Positions 27,248 to 37,862 are shown, counted from the stretch's first letter. The stretch: DNA of 64,000 nt from Vicinamibacterales bacterium (GCA_965246995.1 OZ252008.1:3522925-3586924), one strand, 5' to 3'. Notes: generated by a model not told the origin, from the letters alone. Numbers and translations are program-made.

Positions 27248-30200
27248 TCATCGCACCCGCGCGAGCCGGATGATCCGATCGTCGCCCGGCCGCGGCCGGC
27301 CGCGGCCATCCCGATTGCTGGTTGCGACGTACAGTCCGCCGTCGGGGCCGGTCACGACGGCGCCCAGGCGGCCGAAATGGCAGTCGAGCAGACGTTCGGT
27401 TCCCGTGACCCGGCTGGGATCGGCCGGGTCGAACCGCACCCGCAGGAGGTGACCACCGTCGAGGGTCGCCAGGAACAGATCGTGGCGGAACCCCGCCAGC
27501 TCTCTCCCGTCGTAGAACGACGCCCCCCCTACTGCCATTGACCGGGGAAGATACAGGTGGGGCCGACGCATCCCGGGCAGCACTTCGTCGCCCGCAACCC
27601 TCGGCCAGCCGTAGTTGCCCCCTGCCTCGACGCGATTGAGCTCCGTGGTCCCCGGCCGGCCCGGCTCGGCTACCCACAGCGCGCCGGTAACAGGATGCCA
27701 GGCGAGTCCGCGCGGGTCGCGATGCCCCCAGGAGTACACCGGCGACGCGAGCGGGTTGTCCCGGGGCGTCGTCCCGTCCGGCTGCAGGCGCAGGATCTTG
27801 CCGCCGTACGAGGCCGGGTCCTGCGCGGCGTCCGCGTGGTCGGCTCCCAGCGCCACATAGAGCAGACCCTCGGGCCCGAAGCGGAGTGATCCACCGCCGT
27901 CCAGGGCAGCTACCGGCAGGTCATCCAGCAGGATCACCGCCTCGGCCAACGTGTTCTCCACCTCGCGGTAGCGAACGATGCGCGCCGACCGTGACGCGCC
28001 GGGGCCAATCCGAGCCTGGAGCAGATAGACGAAGCCGTTGCGGGCAAACCCGGGATCGAGAGCAAGCCCCAGCAGGTGCCCCTCGCCGAGGACGGAGACT
28101 CTGCCGAGGACGAGCGCCGGTTCCGGCAGCAACTGTCCTTCCTGCACGACCCGGACCCGGCCCGGCCGTTCGGCTACGAACAGGCGACCGTCCGGGGCGA
28201 ACGCGAGACTCGCGGGCGCCTCCAGGCCGGTCACGACGGCCTCGGTCCGGAACCGGTTTCCGTCAGTGGACGCGAACACCTCGCCGTCACCCTCCACGGA
28301 TGGCGCGACGGACGGCGTAGACAGGGGCGGACTATCGGAGCCTCCTGTCTCCCGGGCGTCAGCTCGGGGAAGCGGATTCGTCTCGGCGCGACTCCCAAGG
28401 GAACGTCCGAAGAAGATGAAGTCGTTGCTGAAAAACCCGTCCGGGTTCTGAATCTGCACGAAGTGGATCCCGGGCGGTGACTGGAGTTCAATCACAACCC
28501 TCTCCCCGTCACAATCGGGGAGCTGTCCGCTCTCGCAACGCACGCCGCCAGGCACGCGCCGGCCGTTGACGAAGACGATCGCTCCGTCCTGGATGTGTCG
28601 GCCGCTGACCAGGATGCTTCCGTCCGACACCGACGGGAATTCCTGGGCGCCCCGTTGCACATGGATCGGCCCTACGCTCCAGATGGCGGGTTGCGGATGG
28701 TCGACGTCCGCGTTGACGCCGAGACGCGCGGTGAAGGTGCCGACGAACCGGCCGTCCGCTGCGAGCACCATCAGCTCGGCCCGGCTGAACGATTCCGAAT
28801 CCTCGCCCCGCTCGACATAAGAGCCATCGTCGAACTGCAGCGCTACCGGCGTCGCAGCCGCGTCTCCCAGGAAGACCCCCTCCCCCTGGAGCGCGATGGC
28901 GCCTTCGCGCGCGGACAGCTCCAATGCGTCCAGCAAGTCCTCCGTCAACGGGACGTCCCCGGACGTGCGGTTCAGGGTGACCTGTCGGGCAAATGCTCCG
29001 GAGAAGCCGGTGCTGCCTTCCAGCACCATGTCCCAGAAGACCGCGCGCTCCGCGCGAGCGGCGCCCCATATCCTCCGTTCGGGAAAGGCGTTGTCCCGAT
29101 CGAACTGGCTTCTGAGGTCGATCACGTTCCATCGACCTTGCGGCAGGATCAGCCAGCGATCGTAGGCGCCGCGCCATGTCGGCGCGTCCATCCCGCTGCC
29201 GGGCGTGTTGGTACTCACCCAGAACGGCATCCGGTGACAGTTGCCGCAGGTGTTGAGCCTCCGGTCGCGGCCGTCGGGGACACCGTGCATGTGGAAGCGC
29301 TTGAACCCGGTCATCGCGTCGTCGGACAGGACGTTTGAATAGGACCGCCGCTGGGCGGGCGGGTAGGGAACGCTGAGAACGAACTTCGCCAGATCATCGC
29401 GCTCGGCCCCGGACAGCGCGCCCGCCTTGCCCTCGTCGTTGACGGGGCACTCCCCCACCAGGCACATGGTGGTCCGGAGCGTGGCGTCCACCAGGAACCG
29501 CGTGCAGCTCTCCTCATCCCCGATGCTGCAATTGGGCGGCACCTGGGTCCGCGTATTGGCCGTGTTGACCCCACCGTAGGGATCACCGGGAATTCCGTCC
29601 CAGTGATAGGGAGCCGTATCGCGCAGACCGCGAATGGGCATCGTCGAGCGGGGCGGGATCTGCGTGCAGCCTTGTCGGTCGCAGACCGGCGTATTCAGGA
29701 CCCAGACCAACTGGTCCGTGTGGCCGTCGGGATGGCAGCTCTCGCACGAAAAGGTGCCGGTGGTCGAAGCATCGGCGTCATTGAACGCGATACGCCCCCG
29801 CTTGACGGCGGGATGCGTCGGATCGTCGAGCGTGACGGTCGCGACCACCCGCGGGGTGGACGGATCGGACACGTCGACCTGGGAAACGGTGTTGGCTACC
29901 GCGTTGAGGACCCAGGCCCGCGACGGCCCGCCGTCCGCGTTCGATTCGAGCGCGATCCCCCGTGGCACTGCGTCCACCTGCGTGCGCCCGAGTACGTTCC
30001 CGCTCGCCGCATCGACGGTGAAGAGCTTGTCCGACCCGGCCGCGGAAACCACCAGCGTGGAATCGTCCTCGCTGACCTGAATCGCGAATGGGGTAGCCAG
30101 GGCCCGGCCCGGCGCCGGATGGACCGGCGGCAGCGGCTCCAACTCGATGAACGCAGGCGCCCCGCATGCTCCGCCGCCGCAGTCGACGCGCGTAATCCGG

Positions 30201-31231
30201 TTCAGAAAGGCGCGGTTCTCCAACTCCGCCAGCCCCTCCTTCTCGGTGCCGGCACGGCCGTTGGCGTCGTTCCGGGCATCCGCCTGAGCGACGAAGACGC
30301 GACCCTCGGAGTCGACGGCCAGACCGTAGAGCAACGTGCCCACGGTGCTGGCGATCTCCACGAGCGTGTCGTTCGCCGTCTCGAAGATGTACAGATCCCG
30401 ATCCGGAACTTCCGGATGCTTGACGATATCGACGTCGATGCCGAGGGACAGCACGTTGTTGTTGTCGACAACGTGCTGCTGCGCGTCGAACGTGCAGAGC
30501 TCGCCGTCAATCCGGCCTCGACACCCCGAGATCTGGGTCTGGTTGTTGGACTCGAACGGGATGACGTACAGCAGGCCGTCCCGGACGACGAGGGCGCGTG
30601 GATCCTGCGCCGTAATGGCGAGTCTCCCGATTGCCTCGCGGCTGGCCACGTCGATCACGGCGACCTGGTTGTCCGAAGAGAGGGCCACATAGGCCTTGGC
30701 GTCGCTGGCGAAGGCGACGCCGACCGGTTCGTCGAAGCGGGTCACTCCGGTTTCCCTATCGAGATCCTGGACGGTGGCGACAACCTGCAGGTAGGTAAGA
30801 CTCTTCGGGTTGGTGTCAATCACGCTCACCGAGTCCGAGACGTGGTTTGCGGCCCAGACCTCGAGACCGTCCGGCCGCACCGCGAGACCGACCGGGTCGA
30901 TGCCGACGTCGATCCGGGCGACGACGGCGCGGCTGGACGCATCGATGACGTCGACCGTGTCAGCCGGCGTATTCGCGACGAAGACATAGCCGCCGTTCAC
31001 GGCAATCGGCGACGCATGCGGACTATTGAACGTCGGATGTCCGACATCGCGCCGGCGATCCCCAGCCCCGTGCCCCGCGGACTGAACGAATCGCGCCGGG
31101 GCCGCGAGACCGGGCACGCTCCCGGCGCCAGCGTCGAAGGGAAACTGCCGGGCGTCCGATATGGCGAGCGCTGCGAAGCCTCCGGCGGCAACCAGTATGG
31201 CCCTAAATGGCCGTGGCCACGCACTCGCCAT
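27248..31231 (-). CDS. Large secreted fusion: YVTN/YncE beta-propeller + di-heme cytochrome c peroxidase-like region + glucose/sorbosone dehydrogenase-like propeller
   Basis: VANTPADTVDVID repeats; CESCH and CGNCH; TAPYHWDG; C-terminal LAFAPDGRLFVAER, GGNYGWP. Confidence 0.78.
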   Translation of the reverse strand: MASAWPRPFRAILVAAGGFAALAISDARQFPFDAGAGSVPGLAAPARFVQSAGHGAGDRRRDVGHPTFNSPHASPIAVNGGYVFVANTPADTVDVIDASSRAVVARIDVGIDPVGLAVRPDGLEVWAANHVSDSVSVIDTNPKSLTYLQVVATVQDLDRETGVTRFDEPVGVAFASDAKAYVALSSDNQVAVIDVASREAIGRLAITAQDPRALVVRDGLLYVIPFESNNQTQISGCRGRIDGELCTFDAQQHVVDNNNVLSLGIDVDIVKHPEVPDRDLYIFETANDTLVEIASTVGTLLYGLAVDSEGRVFVAQADARNDANGRAGTEKEGLAELENRAFLNRITRVDCGGGACGAPAFIELEPLPPVHPAPGRALATPFAIQVSEDDSTLVVSAAGSDKLFTVDAASGNVLGRTQVDAVPRGIALESNADGGPSRAWVLNAVANTVSQVDVSDPSTPRVVATVTLDDPTHPAVKRGRIAFNDADASTTGTFSCESCHPDGHTDQLVWVLNTPVCDRQGCTQIPPRSTMPIRGLRDTAPYHWDGIPGDPYGGVNTANTRTQVPPNCSIGDEESCTRFLVDATLRTTMCLVGECPVNDEGKAGALSGAERDDLAKFVLSVPYPPAQRRSYSNVLSDDAMTGFKRFHMHGVPDGRDRRLNTCGNCHRMPFWVSTNTPGSGMDAPTWRGAYDRWLILPQGRWNVIDLRSQFDRDNAFPERRIWGAARAERAVFWDMVLEGSTGFSGAFARQVTLNRTSGDVPLTEDLLDALELSAREGAIALQGEGVFLGDAAATPVALQFDDGSYVERGEDSESFSRAELMVLAADGRFVGTFTARLGVNADVDHPQPAIWSVGPIHVQRGAQEFPSVSDGSILVSGRHIQDGAIVFVNGRRVPGGVRCESGQLPDCDGERVVIELQSPPGIHFVQIQNPDGFFSNDFIFFGRSLGSRAETNPLPRADARETGGSDSPPLSTPSVAPSVEGDGEVFASTDGNRFRTEAVVTGLEAPASLAFAPDGRLFVAERPGRVRVVQEGQLLPEPALVLGRVSVLGEGHLLGLALDPGFARNGFVYLLQARIGPGASRSARIVRYREVENTLAEAVILLDDLPVAALDGGGSLRFGPEGLLYVALGADHADAAQDPASYGGKILRLQPDGTTPRDNPLASPVYSWGHRDPRGLAWHPVTGALWVAEPGRPGTTELNRVEAGGNYGWPRVAGDEVLPGMRRPHLYLPRSMAVGGASFYDGRELAGFRHDLFLATLDGGHLLRVRFDPADPSRVTGTERLLDCHFGRLGAVVTGPDGGLYVATSNRDGRGRPRPGDDRIIRLARVR

Positions 31232-31365
31232 CGATCCGGTTCCTCGTCCTGAACGGCGTCACAGGGTCCGGGCTCCCGACTCGAACATCCTACCAGCCTG
31301 CGGGTCGGCGCAGCGAAGCAGGCCCAACCTCGTAGTAGTATGGACCGCAGCCGAGGGAGACTCAT

Positions 31366-32949
31366 TTGCAGGCTGGAGGTTCGTCCGGAGTAGCGCTGGC
31401 GGCGGTGCTCATGGTTGCCGGCCTGGGAGCAGCCGGCCCGGTCACCGCGGCCGCCGGGCAGGAAGCCGCACTGGCTGACGCCGCACAGCGCGGCGACAAC
31501 GCCGCGGTCCGGTCGCTGCTCGCGCAGGAGGCGGACGTCGACGCCGCGCAGGGCGACGGTGCAAGGGCCTTGCACTGGGCCACGTACCGGAACGACGCGG
31601 AAACTGTCGCAGCGCTGATCGGGGCCGGCGCTGACGTGCACGCGCCGAACCACTACGGCGAAACCCCGCTGTCCCTTGCCGCCCGGAACGGCAATGCCGC
31701 GATCATCGCGCAGTTGCTGGCAGCGGGCGTCGATCCGAACGATCCGCGGCAGGCAATCAACGCGGGCGAGACCCCGTTGATGCTGGCCGCGCGAGCCGGG
31801 CAGGTCGACGCCGTGCAGGTGCTCGCGGACGCCGGCGCGGACGTCAATGCGCAGGAGACCTGGAACGGCCAGTCAGCACTGATGTGGGCCGGAGCCGAGG
31901 GCCACGTCCCGGTTGTCGAAACCCTGGTCACCCTGGGCGCCGATATCGGCGCGCGTTCCAATAGCGGCTCGACGCCACTCCTGTTCGCGGCGCGCAAGGG
32001 GAGCATCGTGGCGGTCCGCGCCCTGCTTGGGGCCGGCGCCGACGTGACCGAGCGACGGCCCGACGGTGCTACGCCGCTGCTGGTCGCAGTAATCAACGGT
32101 CACGAAGATCTTGTCGACCTGCTGCTCGAGCGGGGCGCCGATCCGAACGCGGAGGGAGGCTCGACCCGCCTGACGGTGCACGGGATGCGAGCCCAACCGA
32201 TGCCGCTCGAAATACGGAAGCTCGGCTACAGCGAAGGTGAATCCGAGGGGGTCACCCGCGGCAACATCTTCGGCCGCCCGCTCCAGGCCGCCGTCCACGT
32301 CGCCAACTGGCATATCAGTGATCAGTTCATTTCCGTGAACCTCGACCGGCTTCGGGTGATCCGGGCGCTGCTCGATCACGGCGCCGACGTCAACGGCCGG
32401 AATTCGATGGAGGAGCCTCGCTGGTCGGGCGCGCGCTACCGTCGTCACATGACCGGCGCCACCGCGTTCATGCTCGCCGCCAAGTCAGCGGACGTCGAGG
32501 TGATGCGCCTCTTGATAGAGTACGGTGCCGACCCGACGATCAACACGGAGGACAACATCACTCCGCTGATGGCGGCGGCAGGTATCTCCTGGGCCTCGAA
32601 CCAGGACCGCGCCAGCGAGGCGCAGGTGCTCGACGCGGTGCAGTTGCTGGTGGAGGAACTGGGCGCCGACGTCAACGCGGTCAGTGACGTGGGCGAAACG
32701 CCGATGCACGCGGCGGCGTACCGCGGCGCCAACAGTGTCGTGCAGTATCTGTTCGACAAGGGCGCCAGGCTCGACGTAGTGGCCCTGGACGGGCGGACGC
32801 CGCTGCGGGTCGCGGACGGCGTGGAATACGGCAACTCGTTCGCCGCCCATCCCCATACGGCAGCGCTGCTGCGGCGGCTTGGTGCCAGCGAGATCCCGTG
32901 TCCGGCCCCCTGCGCGGCGGCCATTCCGGAGGAGGCGCTGAACCGGTGA
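31366..32949 (+). CDS. Secreted ankyrin repeat protein
   Basis: Signal peptide; many GxTPLxxAA..G repeats; start approximate. Confidence 0.88.
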   Translation: MQAGGSSGVALAAVLMVAGLGAAGPVTAAAGQEAALADAAQRGDNAAVRSLLAQEADVDAAQGDGARALHWATYRNDAETVAALIGAGADVHAPNHYGETPLSLAARNGNAAIIAQLLAAGVDPNDPRQAINAGETPLMLAARAGQVDAVQVLADAGADVNAQETWNGQSALMWAGAEGHVPVVETLVTLGADIGARSNSGSTPLLFAARKGSIVAVRALLGAGADVTERRPDGATPLLVAVINGHEDLVDLLLERGADPNAEGGSTRLTVHGMRAQPMPLEIRKLGYSEGESEGVTRGNIFGRPLQAAVHVANWHISDQFISVNLDRLRVIRALLDHGADVNGRNSMEEPRWSGARYRRHMTGATAFMLAAKSADVEVMRLLIEYGADPTINTEDNITPLMAAAGISWASNQDRASEAQVLDAVQLLVEELGADVNAVSDVGETPMHAAAYRGANSVVQYLFDKGARLDVVALDGRTPLRVADGVEYGNSFAAHPHTAALLRRLGASEIPCPAPCAAAIPEEALNR

Positions 32950-35417
32950 CCGGCCCGCGGGCGTCAGTCGCGCTACGGGGGCTCCGGCGGACCCCACCGG
33001 CCCTGGCGACGGGTCTTGTCCTCACTCTCGTTGCACTTGCCGTTTCCGTGTCTCTGAGCGCAGCGCCGCAGGCACAATCCGCCCGAAGTGGACCGACTCC
33101 CGCGGCCGGTGCGGCGACGGCGGCGGAACCGGCAGCGCACGCAGTCCTGCAGCGCTACTGCTTCGCCTGTCATAACCAGCGTGCCCGAACGGGTGGACTG
33201 GCCCTCGACGTTCTCGACATGACGCAGCTCGGCGAGCACGCCGAGGTCTGGGAAGCCGTGATTCGAAAGCTGCGGACCGGGGCGATGCCGCCGGTCGGAC
33301 GGCCGCGGCCCGACCACGCGACCTACGACGCCGTGGTGGCCTGGCTGGAGACCGAGCTGGATCGTGCCGCGTCGGCCAACCCGGACCCTGGCCGACCCAC
33401 GCTGCACCGCCTGAACCGCACGGAGTACCGCAACACGATCCGCGACCTGCTCGCGGTGGACATCGACCCTGCGCTGTTGCCGGCCGACAACGCGGCGTAC
33501 GGCTTCGACAACAACGCCGATGCGCTGACCCTGTCGTCGGCCCTCACCGAGCGCTATCTCGGCGCGGCCGCACGGATCGCGGAGATGGCGCTCGGACGAC
33601 CGCGGGGGACGCCCGCACCGGAGACTTTCCTCGTACCTACCGATCGCGATCAGGGAAAGCGCATCAGCGACGAGCTGCCGTTCGGCTCGCGCGGCGGAGC
33701 CGCGTTCCGGTACTACTTCCCGGCCGACGGCGAGTACAGCTTCCAGATGCGGCCGAAGGAGAGCGGCGTCGCCGGCGGATTCGAAGGGGTCACGGAAGAG
33801 CCGCACGAACTCCATGTGAGTATCGACGGCGAGCGGGTCTGGACCGGCATCGTGCAGCGCCCGCCCGACGCGCGCGGTGACGAGCGGAACCGGCTGATCC
33901 TGGAGCGCATGCGCTTCCAGGCGCCCGTATCCGCAGGCTCGCGCCTCCTGCAAATCTATTTCGCCGCCAAGACTTCGGCCTACGTCGAAGACCTGTTCGA
34001 CCCCGACCTGCGCCGGAGTCCCTACCGGGCGGCGAACGGCGAGCCGGTCGTCTCCAGCGTCGCCATCACCGGGCCGCTGCCCGAGACTGTCACGGTCGGC
34101 GACTCGCCCAGCCGCCGCAAGCTGCTCGTTTGCACCCCGGCCACGGCGGCCGAGGAAGCGCCGTGCGCACACACCATCATTTCCACGCTGGCCCGCCGCG
34201 CCTGGCGCCGGCCCGTGAGCGACGCCGGCCTGGAGGTCCCGCTCGAGCTGTATCGCGATGGGGCCGCGCGAGCCGGCTTCGAGGCGGGGATCGAACTGGC
34301 GGTGCGCGGCATCCTCGTCAGCCCCAACTTCCTGTTCCGGTTCGAAGACCAGCCAGTGTCGGCCCAGCCGAACACGCCGTACCGGATCTCCAACCTGGAG
34401 CTCGCGTCGCGCCTGGCGTTCTTCCTCTGGAGCAGCGTCCCGGACGACGAGTTGCTGGATCTTGCCGTCTCGGAGCAGTTGCACGACCCGGATGTGCTGC
34501 AGCAGCAGGTGCGGCGGATGCTGGCCGACCCGCGGTCACAGGCGCTGGTGGACAACTTCGCCGGCCAGTGGCTGCATATTCGCAACGTCGAGGGATTCCA
34601 GCCGAGCCCGGAGCTGCTGTTCCACTTCGACGACAACCTGCGCCAGGCCTTCGAGCAGGAGACCAAACTACTCTTCGAGAGCATCCTCCGCGAGAACCGG
34701 AGCGTCCTCGACCTGCTCAACGCCGACTACACCTTCCTGAACGAGCGCCTCGCGCGGCATTACGGGATTCCCGGCGTCTACGGCGAGCGCTTCCGCCGCG
34801 TGATGCTGCCGCCCGACAGCGTGCGCCGCGGCCTGCTCGGCCAGGGCTCGATTCTGACCGGCACCTCGCGCGCCAACCGGACGTCACCGGTCATTCGCGG
34901 CAAGTGGATCATGGAGAACATCCTGGGCACGCCGCCGCCGCCGCCGCCGCCCAACGCGCCTGACCTGGTCGAGGAGCGGGACCCACGCAAGGTGCTTCCG
35001 ATGCGCGAACAGATGGCGGCGCACCGCGCCAACCCGGTCTGCGCGGCGTGTCACGCCCAGATGGATCAGCTGGGCTTCGCGCTCGAGAACTTCGACGCGA
35101 TCGGCGAGTGGCGCGACATCTATGTCTCGGGGCTGCCGATCGATGCCTCCGCCGAATTCCCGGACGGCACCACGTTCGACGGCCCGGCCGAACTCCGCGA
35201 GTTGTTGCTGAGCCATTCCGACGACTTCCTGGTGACAGCGATAGACCGGCTGCTGACTTACGCCCTTGGGCGTGGCCTCGAAGCAACCGACATGCCGACG
35301 GTGCGGCAGATCATGCGCGATGCCTCCGGCGACAACTACCGCTTCGCCACACTGGTGCAAGGCGTCGTCGCGAGCACGCCGTTCCAGATGCGGATGGCGC
35401 AGGATCGGACGAACTGA
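32946..35417 (+). CDS. DUF1592/DUF1588-type (planctomycete-type cytochrome c) multidomain protein
   Basis: CFACH..MPP, HRLNRTEYRNTIRDLL, GFDN, LASRLAFFLWSSVPD, TSPVIRGKW, CAACH, LENFDAIG. Confidence 0.88.
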   Translation: MTGPRASVALRGLRRTPPALATGLVLTLVALAVSVSLSAAPQAQSARSGPTPAAGAATAAEPAAHAVLQRYCFACHNQRARTGGLALDVLDMTQLGEHAEVWEAVIRKLRTGAMPPVGRPRPDHATYDAVVAWLETELDRAASANPDPGRPTLHRLNRTEYRNTIRDLLAVDIDPALLPADNAAYGFDNNADALTLSSALTERYLGAAARIAEMALGRPRGTPAPETFLVPTDRDQGKRISDELPFGSRGGAAFRYYFPADGEYSFQMRPKESGVAGGFEGVTEEPHELHVSIDGERVWTGIVQRPPDARGDERNRLILERMRFQAPVSAGSRLLQIYFAAKTSAYVEDLFDPDLRRSPYRAANGEPVVSSVAITGPLPETVTVGDSPSRRKLLVCTPATAAEEAPCAHTIISTLARRAWRRPVSDAGLEVPLELYRDGAARAGFEAGIELAVRGILVSPNFLFRFEDQPVSAQPNTPYRISNLELASRLAFFLWSSVPDDELLDLAVSEQLHDPDVLQQQVRRMLADPRSQALVDNFAGQWLHIRNVEGFQPSPELLFHFDDNLRQAFEQETKLLFESILRENRSVLDLLNADYTFLNERLARHYGIPGVYGERFRRVMLPPDSVRRGLLGQGSILTGTSRANRTSPVIRGKWIMENILGTPPPPPPPNAPDLVEERDPRKVLPMREQMAAHRANPVCAACHAQMDQLGFALENFDAIGEWRDIYVSGLPIDASAEFPDGTTFDGPAELRELLLSHSDDFLVTAIDRLLTYALGRGLEATDMPTVRQIMRDASGDNYRFATLVQGVVASTPFQMRMAQDRTN

Positions 35418-35448
35418 CTTTGCGTATGATGGGCGTGGGAGAGATGCA

Positions 35449-36780
35449 ATGGTGATCACGAAGCAGGCGCTGCCGAGACGAACCTTCCTGCGCGGCATGG
35501 GAGCCACGCTGGCGCTACCGCTCCTCGACGCGATGGTACCGGCCCTGACGGCCCGCGCACCGGGAACGCCGCGGTTCGCAGCGGTCTACGTCGGCAACGG
35601 CATGAACATGTTCGACTGGACCCCGCCCTCCGAGGGTGTCGGGTTCGAGCTCTCCCCCACCCTGCAACCACTGGAACGGTTCCGCGAGCGGATGCTCGTC
35701 CTGAGCGGGCTGGACAACTACCCCGCGACCGACCAGGGCGACACCGGCGGCCAGCATCCCCGCGCCGCCCCCGCGTTCATGAGTTCGGTACACCCGAAGC
35801 AGACCGAGGGCGCGGACGTGGAGGCGGGCACGACGGTCGACCAGATGATCGCCGAGTTGATCTGCGCCGACTCGAAGTTGCCCTCACTGGAGGTGTCGGT
35901 AGATCGCAACGACGTTGTCGGCGCCTGCGACCACGGCTATGCGTGCGCCTACATGAACTCGCTGTCGTGGAAGACGCCGACCCAGCCGCTGCCGGCGGAG
36001 ACGAGTCCGCGGTTCGTGTTCGAGCGGCTCTTCGGCACCGGCGACACCGCCGAGGAGCGCCAGTTGCGGGTGGAGGAAGACCGCAGCATCCTCGACGGGC
36101 TGACCCGGGAGATCGCTGCGCTCTCAGGCCGGCTCGGTGGCCACGACCGCGTGAAGCTTGACGAGTACCTCGGCTCGATCCGCGACGTGGAGCAGCGCAT
36201 CGCCCGGGCCGAGTCGACCAACACCGACTTTGCGGTGCCGGAGCGTCCGGTCGGCGTGCCGGAAACCTTCCGGGAATACGCCGAGCTGATGTTCGACCTC
36301 CAGGTGCTGGCGTTCCAGGCCGACATCACGCGCGTCACCTCGTTCATGATGGCGCGCGAGAACATCAACCGGTCCTACAACGAAATCGGGCTGCCGGAAG
36401 CGCATCACTCGATGTCGCACCATGGCAACAACCCGGACAAAATGAAGGACTTCACCAAGCTCAACACGTACCACGTCGACACGCTGGCGTACTACCTGGA
36501 CCGGCTGCAATCGATCGTCGACGGGGACGGCACGCTGCTCGACGGCACCGTCGTCCTCTACGGCAGCGGCATGAGCGACGGCAACATCCACAACAACTAC
36601 AACGTGCCGGTGGCCGTCATCGGCGGGCCGGAACGCGGGCTCCGGGGAAACCGCCACCTCGTCTACCCGAAGGGCACACCGTTGGCGAACCTGTCGCTCA
36701 GCCTGCTTGCCAAGTTCGGCGTGGACGCGGAGATGTTCGGCGACAGCACGGGGCATCTGCCGCTGCTGTCAGGCGTGTAG
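35449..36780 (+). CDS. DUF1552 (HXXSHH) Tat protein
   Basis: PRRTFLRG; FERLFG, RSILD, HHSMSHH, YGSGMSDGNIH. Confidence 0.88.
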   Translation: MVITKQALPRRTFLRGMGATLALPLLDAMVPALTARAPGTPRFAAVYVGNGMNMFDWTPPSEGVGFELSPTLQPLERFRERMLVLSGLDNYPATDQGDTGGQHPRAAPAFMSSVHPKQTEGADVEAGTTVDQMIAELICADSKLPSLEVSVDRNDVVGACDHGYACAYMNSLSWKTPTQPLPAETSPRFVFERLFGTGDTAEERQLRVEEDRSILDGLTREIAALSGRLGGHDRVKLDEYLGSIRDVEQRIARAESTNTDFAVPERPVGVPETFREYAELMFDLQVLAFQADITRVTSFMMARENINRSYNEIGLPEAHHSMSHHGNNPDKMKDFTKLNTYHVDTLAYYLDRLQSIVDGDGTLLDGTVVLYGSGMSDGNIHNNYNVPVAVIGGPERGLRGNRHLVYPKGTPLANLSLSLLAKFGVDAEMFGDSTGHLPLLSGV

Positions 36781-36869
36781 GAGACGCCGGAGGAGGGGCC
36801 ACCCGGTCGCCGCGACGTCGCCCCGATGCCGTCTGGCGCCCGGCTGGTGGCCGTGGCAAGATTCAGGAC

Positions 36870-37862
36870 ATGCAGCACCCGGGAAATTGCTGTGCGCCTG
36901 CGCCGTCGGCGGAGATTCCGGCTCGGTGCCTGGCGCTGTTCATTGCGATAGGTTGCGGCCTGGCCGCCCCTGCCGCGGAGCGCGGCTCTGTTCTTCCTTC
37001 AGGGACGTTCCCCCAGCCGGCCGTCACCGGGCAACGCACGGGCGGCTTGAAAGAGATCCAGCCGGGCCACTACGTCTACCTGCACACGGACGACACGCCG
37101 GGCGTGTCGTCCACGTTCAACAGCGGGATCATCGTGACGAGCGACGGCGTCGTGGTAGTGGACGCGCTCGGCTCGGACGAGATCGCGCGAGAGGTCCGGG
37201 AGGCCATCGCCGGGGTAACGGATCAGCCGGTTCGATTCCTCGTCTCCTCGACCTTTCACGGCCGGTTCACTGGCGGAAACGCAGTCTACCGGGATGCGTT
37301 CAACATCGGCCACGAGCATTACCGCGAGGATCTGATCGGCCTGCTGGGCGATGCCTCGCCAGAGGACCTCGCGGCCCGACTCCCCGACCAGACCTATCGC
37401 GAGCGTGTCACGCTCCATCTCGGCGGCAAGGAGATCCAGATTCTCCACCTCGGCCGAGCCCATACGCGCGGGGACAGCATCGTGTTTGTCCCCGCCGATC
37501 GCATCGCCTACCTGAGCGAGGTATTCAACTTCGACGAGTTCCCGTATACGAACGATAGCTACCCCGGAGACTGGCTCCGCACGCTGGAGGCGGTCGAAGC
37601 GCTGGAGGCGGACGTCTTCGTGCCAGGGCACGGGTTCCTGCCCACCGACCCCCGTGCAACCCGGGCGGGGTTGGAGGGCCACCGGCAGATCCTGCTCGAC
37701 GCGCGGGACGCCGTCGAGCGCCAGATTGAGCAGGGTGCGACGGTGGATCAGGCGGTGGCCCGCATCGATCTTCCACAGTACCGGCGGTTCCAGGGCTACT
37801 CCCGCGCGATGGAGATGGCGGTGCGCCGGATATACCAGGAGCTGACGACCGGCCTCGATTGA
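36870..37862 (+). CDS. Metallo-beta-lactamase-fold protein with degenerate metal motif
   Basis: NSGII..VVVVDA, STFHGRFTGGN (in place of HxHxDH), AHTRGD, VPGHG. Confidence 0.8.
   Translation: MQHPGNCCAPAPSAEIPARCLALFIAIGCGLAAPAAERGSVLPSGTFPQPAVTGQRTGGLKEIQPGHYVYLHTDDTPGVSSTFNSGIIVTSDGVVVVDALGSDEIAREVREAIAGVTDQPVRFLVSSTFHGRFTGGNAVYRDAFNIGHEHYREDLIGLLGDASPEDLAARLPDQTYRERVTLHLGGKEIQILHLGRAHTRGDSIVFVPADRIAYLSEVFNFDEFPYTNDSYPGDWLRTLEAVEALEADVFVPGHGFLPTDPRATRAGLEGHRQILLDARDAVERQIEQGATVDQAVARIDLPQYRRFQGYSRAMEMAVRRIYQELTTGLD

Noticed and set aside
34929-34953. CCG triplet run (similar Pro run near 47880)
   Set aside because: Encodes the conserved poly-proline stretch of DUF1588-type domains, not a contingency repeat
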